A DNA stretch of 62,808 bases, counting the filler, from Phoronis australis (taxonomy: Eukaryota; Animalia; Phoronida): assembly GCA_002633005.1 (NCBI GenBank). It is 3 parts of 3 records of this genome, joined end to end, with 100 filler letters (N's around TTAATTAATTAA, not from the genome) between each part and the next. Parts side by side here need not be neighbours in the genome. Positions count along the whole stretch, not along the records: positions 1 to 18,298 come from NMRA01001468.1; positions 18,399 to 49,311 come from NMRA01001284.1; 1 more part is not named here. One strand, 5' to 3'. A program made the translations under genes and the position numbers. Shown in pieces: positions 12,301 to 25,310 of the stretch. Below the pieces are notes generated by a model, which worked only from the letters and a program-made list of their open reading frames with translations, made no database searches and had not been told where the DNA came from. The stretch's first letter is position 1; the number at the start of each line of letters is the position of its first letter.

Positions 12301-13294
12301 TCAGGTAGGAGAAGCATTTGACTTTCGGATCACGAGGGCAAAACTCGAATTAGTTTGTGTCCCCTTCCTCAAAGAGGCCTTCCTACGGGTCTGCAAAAGG
12401 TACGTATTAAAGAGGATGGCAGGGTAAAACTGTTGGCGGGATGTAACTGGTGGGGATTGGGGAGGGGGGGTGGCAAAGTGCAGGCGGAGGTACTAAAACA
12501 GGTGTCGACTGGGGAAGAAGAGGAGCATACCTGTCCCATCCCATTAAAGCAAAATTGTCTACGCCTATGGACATAATTATAACAGTATTTCATTGGACAA
12601 CACGAACTGTAAATCCGAGTCTGTTTTTTGTTTTGCAGTGCTATGGACGACAGACCCAAAGTATCCTGTGGCGACAACATGTCTATGCACCTGCCTGGTA
12701 CACATAATTTCCAGGAAAAAATCTATTTGTCTGTGTATCTGTCTGTATGCCCGCCTGTAGCACTAGGGTCACATGAGTGGTTAAAACACTAGCGAAAATG
12801 TAAACGAACAGCCCGCGAAGGGGTGATTTTCTTCAGCAGCCTTGTTTCTTTACCACCCGAATCATCGCTTTTTAAAAGAAAATTGATGTCAAAGCAAGTA
12901 CACTCTCTGCAATGAATTGATTAATGTGACGATAAGCAAAGGTCTTGCACCCCTCCGTACATGCGTCCTTTAAGCGGTCTGGACACAAAATACCTGGCGA
13001 ATACGTTAGCTGTTTTGGGGTAACTCAAGTTGCCAGGATACGTTCAAATGACTAGCGTTGTTGCTGTTAGCGAAAATGCTAGCGTCTTAGTTTTTGAACG
13101 GGGTATAGTTCTATGCGTCTTGCTGTCTGCTTACCTGCCTGTGTCTTTCCATGCCTGAGTGCCAACGTGTCAGCATACCTGACTGAGTATTTGCCTTCTT
13201 GCCCTTTATATAGATTATCATTCTTCTTATTATTACTATTGTTAATATAATTATGATTAATATTGTTATTGTTGTTGTTATTTGTTGTTATTAT

Positions 13295-13352
13295 CATTTC
13301 ATCATCATCATTATCACCTTCATCGTCAACATCATTGCCATAATCATCGTCG

Positions 13353-13403
<51 letters not shown>
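13295..13403. repeat. (ATC)n microsatellite, preceded by an AT/GTT-rich low-complexity tract
   Basis: Long catcatcat run, which produces the spurious poly-His ORF. Confidence 0.95.
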
Positions 13404-13404
<1 letters not shown>

Positions 13405-13571
13405 TTTTGGCTACTTTTCTCGATAATGTGCACCCATTGTTTGCATCCGCCGCTTCGCAGTTTGTATTCTATTCAGTATCTGTGTTGCGAGTTCGCAACG
13501 TACTTCGAAAAATGTTTTTACGATTGTTTACTACACGAATCACCAGACAGTATCCCTTCACAGGTATTGAG

Positions 13572-13686
13572 ATGGAACAAGACCTTTCACAGCTTATACA
13601 AGATTATGCCGCAAGGAAAGAGTTGAAAGCAAATGCACCAATCAAAAGGAACAGAGTTTATTTGCTTCTGTTCGTGATCTTAACAG
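13572..13686 (+). CDS. Uncharacterised membrane protein, exon 1
   Basis: ATG 13572: MEQDLSQLIQDYAARKELKANAPIKRNRVYLLLFVILT G, then a GTACAC donor (phase 1). Confidence 0.6.
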
Positions 13687-14952
13687 GTACACATGCGCTG
13701 CTTTTTAACATATTTGGTGCAAGATTGGTTGAGCACTTTCGTTTATGCAGTGGCATCAAGAGATGTTAATTTTAGCTCACAACAGGTTAGGCACTATCGC
13801 AAATTTTACTGTCTTAGAAAAACGCAACAAGCAAAGCTACTCAGCCGTTTTAAGTTCGTTTGGCCTTCTGACTGGTCTTAGAAAAGCAGACTTAAAGCAA
13901 GTGTGTCTTTTTCACGCGATGCTAGACTTGTCTGGATTTTTTCGCATGGATGTTTTTTTGTTAATTAAATAGGTCAACTGTGAAATCTTCCTCACCTGGT
14001 AAAACCACATCGGATTGTGTTGCTTTATAGCTCTGGTCAAGGCTAATAACTTCAGTCTATCCCAATCAAAAGTAATCCCAAAAAATAATGTGTTTTCAGC
14101 TTTTAAACCCGATAAATGTTCCCTTAGCGTTCATAAAATGAGGACACAGAAAGTTGGAGAATGTGTTGCAAAGGTTTTGTGCAGGACACAATCCAGAAGT
14201 CTGAGCATTCAGCCAATAGTAAAACCAAGGAGCTTAAGTCAACAAAGGCATTCACTGAAAACAGAAAGCCTGTGAAATTTAGTTTTAGACTTTATAACAA
14301 TCTAACGTTAACTGGGTCACATAACCATGGCTTTTATTGAAAATTAGGAAAAGTAAAAAGGTCTAATCGTAACAAAACAGCAGTATCAATAATTAAGACC
14401 AAAGTTCGATTCATGCTCAAGATGAAATCTCCAAATCGCTATAATTTTCGAAGTTATCCGAATTCGTCATACAAATTTTCGATTTTTTTTTCATAATAAT
14501 CTTGAAAAACCTAAAAAATTAAACACGTTTAAAAATTATTCCTAGCAGCGTTTTGGAGAATAACATGAAACATAGTATGCAAAATTGATTAAATACACGA
14601 CACTTGTCGTAGTTGACCATCTTTACTCCATTCCGTTCGTATCCTCTGTACAAAGTTCGACATTCAACAGAACATTGGTGAAGCAAATGACCTGAGACAT
14701 CATGTCTCTTTTAATCATGATGATTGAAAGACACACGATATTTCGAAACATACTTGTTTCATTCTCATCAAGTGTCGTGTATTTAACCAAATTTGTATAA
14801 CGAAAATCTGTTACTCAAGTATAGATGGCATAGTATTTGAAAGTTTTAAATGAGTCCAACTGTACATTTCTGAGATATGATCTTCCGCAGTCAGCCAAAC
14901 CTCGGACATTTTTATGTTCTCTACTTACTTATTGAATTGTCTGTGTTAACAG

Positions 14953-15389
14953 GGACGACAATGGCGTTTAACTTCGCTTTTACTTCAACGACATCAAAGG
15001 AAACCAGCACACTTGTCAACTTAATGCGGGCAGTTTACGGTGAGACCCCGCCGCCTCAAATGCCTGAATTTCAGACAGGCAAGCCACTTCAACAAACGGT
15101 AGAACCCGTCACGCCTGTATGCGATGGCACAGCAGTCATACTGAGTGCCTTGTCAGCATTGGTTGTGTCATGGATACCATCACTGGGAAGAATGTATGAT
15201 CTGTCTGAGTTGCTGGAACAATTGCCAAACCAGGAGAAGTCGCGCCTTAGAAAGAGGGTAAAAGAGTTGATGGAAGAAAGAAAACTTGACGACTTTCAGA
15301 CAGCTGTAGATGAAAACCGTGATGACGACATATTGGATGTTCTCAAGATAGGTCTTTATGAAACCAGTGGAATCCATATCGTGTTGTAA
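14953..15389 (+). CDS. Uncharacterised membrane protein, exon 2 (terminal)
   Basis: gttaacAG acceptor, phase matches exon 1; 145-codon open frame (stop included) with a second hydrophobic segment (AVILSALSALVVSWIP) and a charged helical C-terminus. Confidence 0.65.
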
Positions 15390-15740
15390 CAACAGGTAGT
15401 TGGATTTGACAAGAAATTTCAAAAAATACTAGAAAACACTCCTCTGCGTGCCCATAATACACTTCAGATCCCAAACAGACTCTTTACTTCAGTCCTAGAT
15501 GGCCTCGAATGAGAAAATTATTCGCGGTGTAAATTTGTCTTGCGCTTTGTGTTTGCTCCTTCCTCTCTTCGCTTCCAGTGGCCAATTCTCATTCTATACT
15601 TACATGTGCTGTCGAGGGCTAGTGTCACAAGAGGGTAGATAATATGAGTGGCTGGTATGCAGATACTGTAGGAGATCTGGGAAGTTGATGGGAAATTAAC
15701 TAGGATAAGTGGAAATCGAACGTTGAGCTGTCACGACAAA

Positions 15741-16001
15741 CCAAGGGTACCGTTCCAAGAAAACTGACTTAATAGGTAATACAAATCTTAATTTAAGTCA
15801 ATTTTAACATAAAAGTTCAACTCGTCTTAAGTTCGTTCCAAGAATGTGATCTTAAGTTTGGCGTATGTTTTTGACCTAAGTTTGTCTTAAGCTCGACTTA
15901 CTTACCGGGCCGTCTGGAGGTTTCAAAGTTTGGAGGTTAAGAAACATTTTAGACTTAAGTATATTACGAGCTTAAGTCAATTTCCGGGAACGGGCCCCTG
16001 G
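15741..16001. mobile_element. PIF/Harbinger-like MITE (uninterrupted copy)
   Basis: TIRs ccaagggtaccgttccaagaaaactgacttaa ... ttaagtcaatttccgggaacgggcccctgg; internal cttaag-rich repeats shared with 4301-5885. Confidence 0.75.
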
Positions 16002-17401
16002 AATCAAACCAATAGCTACGAAGACCCATTCGCCTGTCTGCGCTTTGTGGGTTAAAAACATTACCACCATTAGCCTACATAATCTTCAAGTGCTACCGAA
16101 CAAGCTGACAACTTAAGTATCAGGAAATGCGTGCATGTGTCATTTTCGAATTCGCAATTCTAGGACTGGTCAACCCCAATAAACCCTGAAGCATTTCTTG
16201 TGTCGCTGATGGTTTCAATGTTCTTGTTGGTAACGGAAATCGAGTATTTTGGAATAGGCCCTACTAAGAGAACGATTTCATAAACATAAGTGGCTTAATT
16301 AATTTCTCGCTTTTATGTGTAAATGTTGAGGAAATTCAGTTTTAACTAGTTTGAAAAATATTGTTACACTGGTGTAGATAAATATCCAGCTCCCTCCCCT
16401 TGCAACTAAAACCGTCTATATTTATGAACCGCAACCGTCAACAGTGATATTATCAAGAGTAAGTGATTACACTTACACACAAGCGAATCTCTTTCTCATG
16501 GATGTATATACAGTGTGTAGTATTCGAATTACAATGCAAATAACTCCTTGGCATTTCATGTTTTATCACTTGCAGTTCTTCACATTTTTTGTTTTATTTC
16601 AGATTTCTTTTTTACTTGTTTGAACTTCATACAGTTACAGTTGCTGAAACGCTACTATGAAAATGTGCGTTCAGTTTAATTTTCTTACTACCGACTGCGG
16701 TTAAGTTACATGTATGACATCGGGGATGGTTGAAGATGTACATGAAATTTGATGGTAAGAAAAAAACGCGATCAGTGGGCTTGGAAAGAAAAGGCAGATT
16801 AGTATTACTCGAGACCATGCTCGGCCTCTAAATGATCCGCCGTGACAAGCCAGCTTGATCCTATTTTCAAGCTAGTTCAAACGAACTGACAGTTCCAGGG
16901 ATGTGACGAAGAGGTCCGAATAGGGCTGCGTCGTCACCCTCACTGTCAAGTTTATAGCCAGCGAACTTTCTCCTCAGTAAAATTCAAATTTTGACAATTG
17001 TCGTATATAGTTAAATAAATTTTAAGGTATTTTTTATTTCTACGGAAATACAGTAGCTTTTTACAGTACTAAAATACGTCATTAACTTGTGTGATTCTGT
17101 TCGCACGGCAAAGCTGAAAACCAGACCTTGTGAGAATCCGTGAGATATCGACGTGTATTTTCAACTAGAGCATGTGATTGTGGCAGGATTTTCTCGCTGC
17201 GAGACAGCAACTGAACTCTAGCCAGGCCTCGCGATATCTGTTGGTAAACCACGTTAAGCTGTGACAGCGAAATCAAATATTTATCATGCACGCTTGTTTC
17301 TTTTCTTATATGGGATAAACATGATATTGTCAATGTTTAATTTCTTATTATTTACATTTACTACTTACACATGTGTGATTTTCTTTTAAATGTCTATGTA
17401 T

Positions 17402-17469
17402 CATGGACGGCGCAGCACAGAAAATGTGGCGTTAAAGCCGCCGCAGCCCCCTGTGGTGCGCCGCCCATG
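17402..17469. mobile_element. 68-bp mini-MITE (CATGG(G/A)CGGCGCA termini)
   Basis: catggacggcgca...tgcgccgcccatg inverted ends; flanks tgtat/cgtat; relatives at 26608-26673 and 43025-43094. Confidence 0.7.
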
Positions 17470-20400
17470 CGTATTAACGTGCACCAAGTTGTGATTAGTG
17501 TAACGTGTCGCCACCTATCGGTCTTCTTGTAATTGCATGGGTATGATCGTGAGCACTTCCCGCCACTATTAGCAGATTTGCAAATCTGTCAATTGGCTTT
17601 TAAACGTCCATCCGTGCCAAGTTTGATGTATGTGAAGCACCATCAAGTTTTCACCGGTAATAGTTAGTTGTGTGGACAGTTGTGGCGGTTAGGGGTGATC
17701 GCAGACGAACAGTTGCGAGCTCTGGACTATAGCTCAAATGGGGTTACCGCCACACAGCGAGCAAAATTCTTACTTCGTCTGTCTATTCATTACGGTAAAC
17801 ATCCGTTGTAAATGTAGTACACGCGATTAGAATGCACAAGTGAGACATTTGTTGTTGTCTGGTGATGTAATTATTAACTTTCATTGCTACCAACGGTAAT
17901 CCGCTGCTGAGTCACGACCTCGCCCGCTTGTCGTGAGGAATTACATGTACGCTAACCAGGTGTGTTCCAATAAGCGGAACATTAGCTTCACTGCCTCGCC
18001 AGGCAAAATCCGTGCGGTTCATTTTGCTGCAGATTGTGTGCTATGATCTGAACTCATTTGCGTTCGAGGCACGTAACCCTTGGTCTGCGCTGGCCCTTTC
18101 ACTGTACTGTGGCGATTATAGGCGGCTTTGCCTTGGTAACTCTGTGTGTTGTATTTGTGGTACCAATAAAATGTTCCAGTTAAACTCACGGTGTTTCGTT
18201 TCATTTGCAACATTGCAAATAATTTACGGTGTGGATAGGTTTTTATCCAAAATAAATAAATGTAGTACTTCCGGATGGTATTGGTTCGTTCTTAATTGNN
18301 NNNNNNNNNNNNNNNNNNNNNNNNNNNNNNNNNNNNNNNNNNTTAATTAATTAANNNNNNNNNNNNNNNNNNNNNNNNNNNNNNNNNNNNNNNNNNNNCA
18401 ACCGCGGTTTGGAACCCGTATCCGGACGCGGCCTAGCCGCGTTCGATAGGACGTTGGATTCGATCAGCACTGTATACACCCGAGGACACAGCTAGTAGCA
18501 TCCTGCTTCTAGGTCCGGGAATCTGAAGATCTTAAAAGATGACTTATTGATTCAAAGACAATGTACACTGTACGTCTGGGAGCCAGATGAGGAAAAGTGA
18601 AAAAGTTTTCAGTTAAGTCCACACCTCAGAGTGGCAAGTATTAGGGGTTACCAGGACACAACGCTCAAATTCTAGCGCCACAAAACGCCTGATGCCACAC
18701 AACAGCGCCGTCCCGAATAACAAAGCGACACGCCAATCTCGATGCATTTACGCTCAATACCGTAAACATCTCTCAGGCACATATACTTTCTCGTTTTCGT
18801 GTCACTGGACTGTCACGATATTTGTTGTTGTCTTATTTTTTACAAGTACAACTTCGATTGCATTACTTTCTTCGTTCTTCCAATCCCAATGACATACTGC
18901 TATGCTGCGGGATGCAACTCATGAAAGTTTGATAAACTAGTCTAATACCCGTGGATGCGTGATCTGAAATTCTTCGCCGTACCGACACCAATGAAAGACA
19001 CGAAATTGTTCGGGATTTCCAAAACTAGGTCTCGCGCTTTCTTAGCTCCTGTAAAAAAGGAGATCTCTATAGCCGTGTAATCCGGGACGGCCCTAATAGT
19101 CATAATTTCCGCTAGACGCAATTTCCGTAGAAAATACATTAATGGATTTTTTCCTATGGAAACTTCCATAACTTTGGAATGGAGTGAGGTAGAGGCACTA
19201 TTCCCCAACATTAAAAGCATTATCTGCACTGACAACTGATAAGAAATGGAATTTAAAATTTCTTCAGAAATTGATTGGAACTTCATTAATGTGACAAGGT
19301 GTACGATTTGGAAGAGCGAAAATGCAAACAAGACTTGAATACCTTAAAATTTACAGGGATTTCGTAATGGATGTATTTTACGCACGATTAGAAAGTTTTA
19401 AAACCACACTTGCGAAATTTGAAATTAAAATCAATTGTTTATGCCTATACATTTTACGTCACTTTGGAACTCCAATGCCGTGATCTTGGATATAAGCAAA
19501 ATTCATATTTTGTCGTGTCGTTGTTATTAGTGCCTGTTCATGTTATTAATAAAGTCACCGTTCTTAACTTTACGTTTAACTCCCATTTAATCCACAAATT
19601 AGACCATACCGGTTTACAGTGGCCTGATATCAATTTTTTGTTAGTCACCTGGCTCAGTCTTTTATGCGATGTCACGACTCAAACTCCAATTATCTCTAAC
19701 GCTGAATGAATAAATGAACCTTAATTTAAACAGGCATCGACTCAAAACCGATATTAAGAAATAAAAACCCATAGCAGCATTTTGGCTAATTTTTGTCATA
19801 TATCTTCCGCGAAAGGTTTCGATGCACACTACTTATTCACGAGGAATTCAAATTCAGAAGCCAAATACGTTAGATAATTACCAATTTCTGTTCTTAACTT
19901 TTCAAGTAACTTCAGTGAATATGTTATTGACGTGAAGACATAGCTAATGGCGTAATTGCTCTGTAGAACACAATAAGAGCTCAGGTAAAAAATCGAGATA
20001 TCAAGGGCCGATGGAGACACCGGTAGTGACCTCAGTTGATCCAGAGAAGCATTGCCCAACTACAACATAGCTGTGAACGGCTCGTATTCCTAATGAAAGT
20101 TAGAGAGTAACATAGAGATCGGTACCAGGGTATCCTTGGTGTTGATTCTGTTTTGTGAAAACAAGACGTATGAAACGCCCTGTACTGGCACATGTGCGAC
20201 ACTACAACAGAAGTAAGGCAAAATTCTGCTAGCGTTACTGATAGCAACACCGTGTCTCCGCGCACTGTTTGCGCCAGTGCATTCTATGGCATTTGTCCTG
20301 CGTCAAGAACTCCTGGTACCTCAGCAGTTTTACCCTGAGGGGTAAACCAATGTTACAAACGTAGTCTGGCTCCCTGACTATAAAACTTGTTATAGCTTGG

Positions 20401-20986
20401 CACTGTTTCTATATTTGTGTGACACTAAAATGTATTGGCATCTGTAAGGGGTCTTGGTCGACGGTCTGAAAGTTTTTCGGAGTAAAAAAGAATGCACTTC
20501 ATCTTTCTATTATTGTATCGTAATTTGTAAATGTTGAAAATTGCTCCAAGTTCAATGGGTCACTGCTTCGGTGGGTCGATAGCACGACGTGAAAAAGGTA
20601 CTCCAAAGTAAAAGAGAAATGTGCTTAGCAATGTTTAATCACTTATGGTACAGAAGAAACGTATTTCACTTCAACTTCAAGCTCGTTTTTCTGATGGGCG
20701 TGGAGTATTTTAATATATCGTGGTTTTCGTTGCCGACAGTTATTTACACAAATGACTGACACTATGTCTGTGCAAATTACGTTAAAGTTGCAGAAGGTAC
20801 AAACATTTTAACATTGCACTGGAGCGTAGAATGTAGATCCTTATACATGAACATTGATAAGCTATACATTACATCAATCACAATACAAATTTTACGACAA
20901 TCTTATTCACCACCCATAACAAGGGAAAGTGTCTTTTTACATTTTCTTATCAGCTAGAAGAGAACCAAGTAACAGTTACGGCATAG

Positions 20987-21451
20987 TCACGTAGGTTCAA
21001 TCTCCGTCTCTTGGTTTTCAAGTCTTTTCCAGTTTTGAAGGTTGGCCTCGACTAGATCTAGTAAGAAGGCCAGATTAGGACACACGGTGGAAATCACCTT
21101 GATGAGAGTTTGGACACATTCTTTCATGAAAACCAACACTGACGTTCGAACTTTTTTCTTTGTGATCCTTGGATAGGACGAGAATGGTGATGACATCAGT
21201 TCCAAGCTACTGTTTTGCTCGCTCATGCGCCCAATCTCCTTGGTAACGAGAACTATGTCTTTCATGTGGTTCTTCTAAGGTTTAAACGCTGTGCACAAAT
21301 CACAGGTCACAATGAAGAGGCCTTTGAAAATCTGCTTATACCTAGGAATTTTCAAGTCAAATGAAGACGTTTTCAAGAGAGATTGGGCGAATCGCAGGTT
21401 CTCGTACATGACATCTTGTTTCAGAGCTTCGAAGTAGTCCTTAAAGAGATT
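20987..21451 (-). pseudogene. Cyclic nucleotide phosphodiesterase (class I PDE) catalytic-domain C-terminal fragment, intronless, with an in-frame stop
   Basis: ...SSFDLKIPRYKQIFKGLFIVTCDLCTAFKP*KNH...VFMKECV...CPNLAFLLDLVEANLQNW follows the PDE pattern GL..TACDL...K.W ... GF ... P..L...N...W; TAG (21275-21277) stands at the conserved Trp. Confidence 0.7.
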
Positions 21452-21970
21452 GGTTCACAGCTATTTAGTTGTAGTTAATAAGTATGCACATGTGTTGACG
21501 GTTAATAAAGTTTGCTTATAAACCACATTTCTTTTTATTTCATTCCCCATATTCTTCTATTAATCGTTTAAAACACGCTCCCACTTCCCCACAAAATTTT
21601 GAGAAAAGAAAATTTTGAACTATGGCTATCTTCTGAAACACGTCACATCAGGAACACATCAAAAATTACTGACCCGATATCTGCCCAGTCTGTCCACAGG
21701 TTTGTACTCTTGCCATGACTATATGGCACAGGTGGAATCTTTGTGTTTGTTAGAATCCGTTTATTATGCATGTTTTGCCCATTAATTCTCTGAAATGTGA
21801 CAAATATGTTGCCATAACCATTTTACAGTAGTTAGTGGGGTCGGAGTGACCTGATCATTGCAGTCAGCCAGACGGAGTCCACACTGTCCATTGCTGTATG
21901 CCAAGAGGAGTACTTTTTTCAAATGTAGACAGATTTTTAGATTTAAATTGGAGTAAATATTTGAAGAAGA

Positions 21971-22150
21971 ATGCCTGACCGTTGTGTAGTTTGAGGCTGT
22001 GGCAATACGCCAAGGGCTGGGATATCTTTGCACAAGCTCCCCACTGATCCAAGACTGCGTCGCAAGTGAGAATACTTTGCGAAGTCCTTGAGTGGAGCCT
22101 CGCCGTATTCGGTAGTATGCCGCGAACACATTTCTACACTCCTTATAGAA
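21971..22150 (+). pseudogene. Decayed THAP zinc-finger (transposon remnant)
   Basis: MPDRCVV*GCGNTPRAGISLHKLPTDPRLRRK*EYFAKSLSGASPYSVVCREHI: THAP C2CH pattern with two stops, one at the conserved Trp. Confidence 0.8.
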
Positions 22151-23750
22151 GGACAGCCTGTGATCCGAGTATGGTTGTAAACCAGGATGAGTGAACTTTT
22201 AGAGAGTATTCGAAATGATACATGGCGTCGCTTTCCAGAAGCTAGTGGGTCTTGAGCTAATATTAACAACCTAACATTTAAAACGGAGTATAGCGTCGAC
22301 GGACACTGTCAGACAGGATTAGTGCTAGAAGAAATCATTAGATTGCTTTTCTTTTGATTTACAGTTTTTGAAACATACCGGTAAGTGCTCATAGGTGGAT
22401 GTGCTGAATAGCTTAATTCTCGTTACCTGTCGTTGCAAAGCATTGAATTTTAGCCTAGTCCATCAATAGCTGGACTAAATGAACAGTAAGAGTAGGACTG
22501 TCCAACCGATCTTTTTTCGAGTTGCAAAAATACTTCAATATAATCTGAAAGAAAATGTATCCCACTCTATAAAAATTGAACATTTATCCAAATTGGGTTA
22601 AGCAGTGCACATTTATCGCAATTTTGGTGGCGAAATTTGTGTCATTTGTTTGGATCTGGTTGGCCATTTTGGACAACAGCAGCATAAGTTACGAGTTTAA
22701 AACCGTGCATAATTTATTTTCACCAATAATTTTTGATGAAATTTAGTGAGAAAGATCTATACCTACTATCCTGGGTAAAAGTCTACTTGCTGGGTCCCTA
22801 TTCAGACCCTACTCAATCCTCCATATCTCCCACAAAAATGATTACACATGGATGATATATACATACCTCAATCGATTCGTAATTGTTCACTCTTTACTTC
22901 TTTGCTTAAATTGTCTCGTTATTGTGCAGCCATCTTTCATTGCATTAGCTCCATTAACGACATCTAGCGTTGTAAATTACGACTAAAGTACCGTACAAAC
23001 CCGAATCTCGTTTTCCGGATATTTCTTCATGGCGTGGGAAAGTTATGTGAGTAAATAAAATATCCGAGTTCCCACTGTGTTATGAGACCAGGGCTGATTT
23101 CTATAAAAGTGCGCTGGACGGGTGGCGTGTAGTGACCGGGAGATGGGTTTGCGACTGGAGGGGGGAAAGGGGTGGCGAATGAGNNNNNNNNNNNNNNNNN
23201 NNNNNNNNNNNNNNNNNNNNNNNNNNNNNNNNNNNNNNNNNNNNNNNNNNNNNNNNNNNNNNNNNNNNNNNNNNNNNNNNNNNNNNNNNNNNNNNNNNNN
23301 NNNNNNNNNNNNNNNNNNNNNNNNNNNNNNNNNNNNNNNNNNNNNNNNNNNNNNNNNNNNNNNNNNNNNNNNNNNNNNNNNNNNNNNNNNNNNNNNNNNN
23401 NNNNNNNNNNNNNNNNNNNNNNNNNNNNNNNNNNNNNNNNNNNNNNNNNNNNNNNNNNNNNNNNNNNNNNNNNNNNNNNNNNNNNNNNNNNNNNNNNNNN
23501 NNNNNNNNNNNNNNNNNNNNNNNNNNNNNNNNNNNNNNNNNNNNNNNNNNNNNNNNNNNNNNNNNNNNNNNNNNNNNNNNNNNNNNNNNNNNNNNNNNNN
23601 NNNNNNNNNNNNNNNNNNNNNNNNNNNNNNNNNNNNNNNNGGGGGGGTGGCCACTGGGGAGAAAAACCAGGAGGTGGGGTGTTGGGTTGAGGACTGGAGG
23701 CGGGGCAACTTTTCCTGAGTCGTGCTGTCCATCGAATAAAGCCTTTAGCG

Positions 23751-25310
23751 CCTAAAAATCTGTTTACCCCGATTTCAAAACTGTTCTTTGCACTTTACCA
23801 TGCTATATGAATATCTCACGTAGTTAGTCTCCTGGTCATTGATCCTCAGGATTTGACTTCGTAAATTATAGCTAATTTTGACACAACTTTTCTGATATCG
23901 TGGAGGGATAGATCATTTAGGGGTCCTCCTGGGCCCTTACTATGGCCGGGAAATGTACAAGACTTATATTTCTAGAGAGAAGAGACAGGGAGCTATAAGG
24001 TGCACAAAGATTTTTTGATATTGAAAACGAAATAATTTTGGTCCCAAAAGGACCCTTGGGTGAGTCACTTGGGGCGCCACTGTGACCTTAATTAGCGGGC
24101 TGATCAATCTGCAACTTGAAGGCTCATCATTTGAAAGATTGGCCTTTCAAATGAAAACAGAAATTTTGAGATCAGAGACAAAAAGTTTTTCGAAAGAAAA
24201 AACCTAAGCCTCCAATTTCAAAAATTCATTTTTAGATCGACGTGGAGTGTTGGGAAACTAAAGCCCACCAAGTTCTAGTTCTATCGGATCATTAATAAGG
24301 TCACACGGCAAGATCAAATTTGAAAAACGTCATTTTGGGACCTTTTCGCACCTAAAATTTTTTTACCCCGATTTCAAAACTTCTTTCTTTGTTGGATAGT
24401 CCCTTACTTAATGACTTCAAAAAAAGTAAGTCGCCACGTCCGGTGTACGCTAATAAGTTCACAACGGTGAATCAAATTTGGAAAATTGGGGAAGTCTGTG
24501 ACTTTGACCTTGAACCTTTACCCCGAAAGAGATACATGTAGGAGCCAACAAATAAGACGCGTTCGAAAACTTGCACTTCACCATGCTTCGATAATATCTC
24601 ACTTAGTTACTCTTCTGGTCATTTGTCCTCAGGATATGACTTCACAAACTATAACTAATTTTGACACAACTTTTCTGATATCGTGAAGGGAAAGGTCGTT
24701 TAGGGGTCCTCCTGGGCCCTTACTATGTCTGGGAAAAGTACGACAGTTACATAACTAAAGAGAAGATACAGGGAGCTATCAGGTGCACAGAGATTTTTTG
24801 AAATTGAAAACAAAATAATTTTGTTCCCAAAAAGGACCCTTGGGTGAGTCACTTGGGAGCCACTGTGACCTTAATTAGCGGGCCGATCAGCCTCTATGGT
24901 TTAATTCGAATATACTGATACATGTAGATAACAAACCTGTTTTTCAGTGGTTTCAAAAAGGCATAACTCATGTACACGATTTACTTAATTCTGATGGTTG
25001 CTTCCTTAATTATGAGGAGTTTATACAGAAATTTGACTTTGCCCCCCAAGTAACTTTATTTTACGGTCTACGAAGCTCATTATATGCTACCTGGAGTCAT
25101 CTCAGAGAGGGAAAGCATCAAGTAATTTTACTGCATCGTCCACGATACATTGAAGTTATTTTGGGAGATGTCAAATTTTTTTTACCCCGATTTCAAAACT
25201 TCTTTCTTTGTTGGACAGCCCCTTACCTACTGACTTGAGAAAAGTAAGTCGCCACGGCTGGTGTGCGCTAATGTCACAACGATGGATCAATTTTGGAAAA
25301 TTTTGAGAAT
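23751..25310. repeat. Complex tandem/segmental repeat
   Basis: ttaccccgatttcaaaact recurs near 23765, 24364 and 25182; a ~320-bp block ~23788-24108 is repeated at ~24572-24889; 24351-24485 is repeated at ~25172-25300. Confidence 0.85.

Noticed and set aside
13282-13626. Poly-histidine ORF
   Set aside because: Translation of an (ATC)n microsatellite.
18299-18398. TTAATTAATTAA palindrome embedded in Ns (also at 49312-49411)
   Set aside because: Artificial contig spacer with stops in all frames; not biological.
21782-22269. Minus-strand ORFs first considered as upstream PDE exons
   Set aside because: Better explained as the antisense of a decayed plus-strand THAP domain at 21971-22150.
23043-23732. 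Long ORFs spanning 23184-23640 (and 43981-45090, 53344-53629)
   Set aside because: Their length comes from N gaps.
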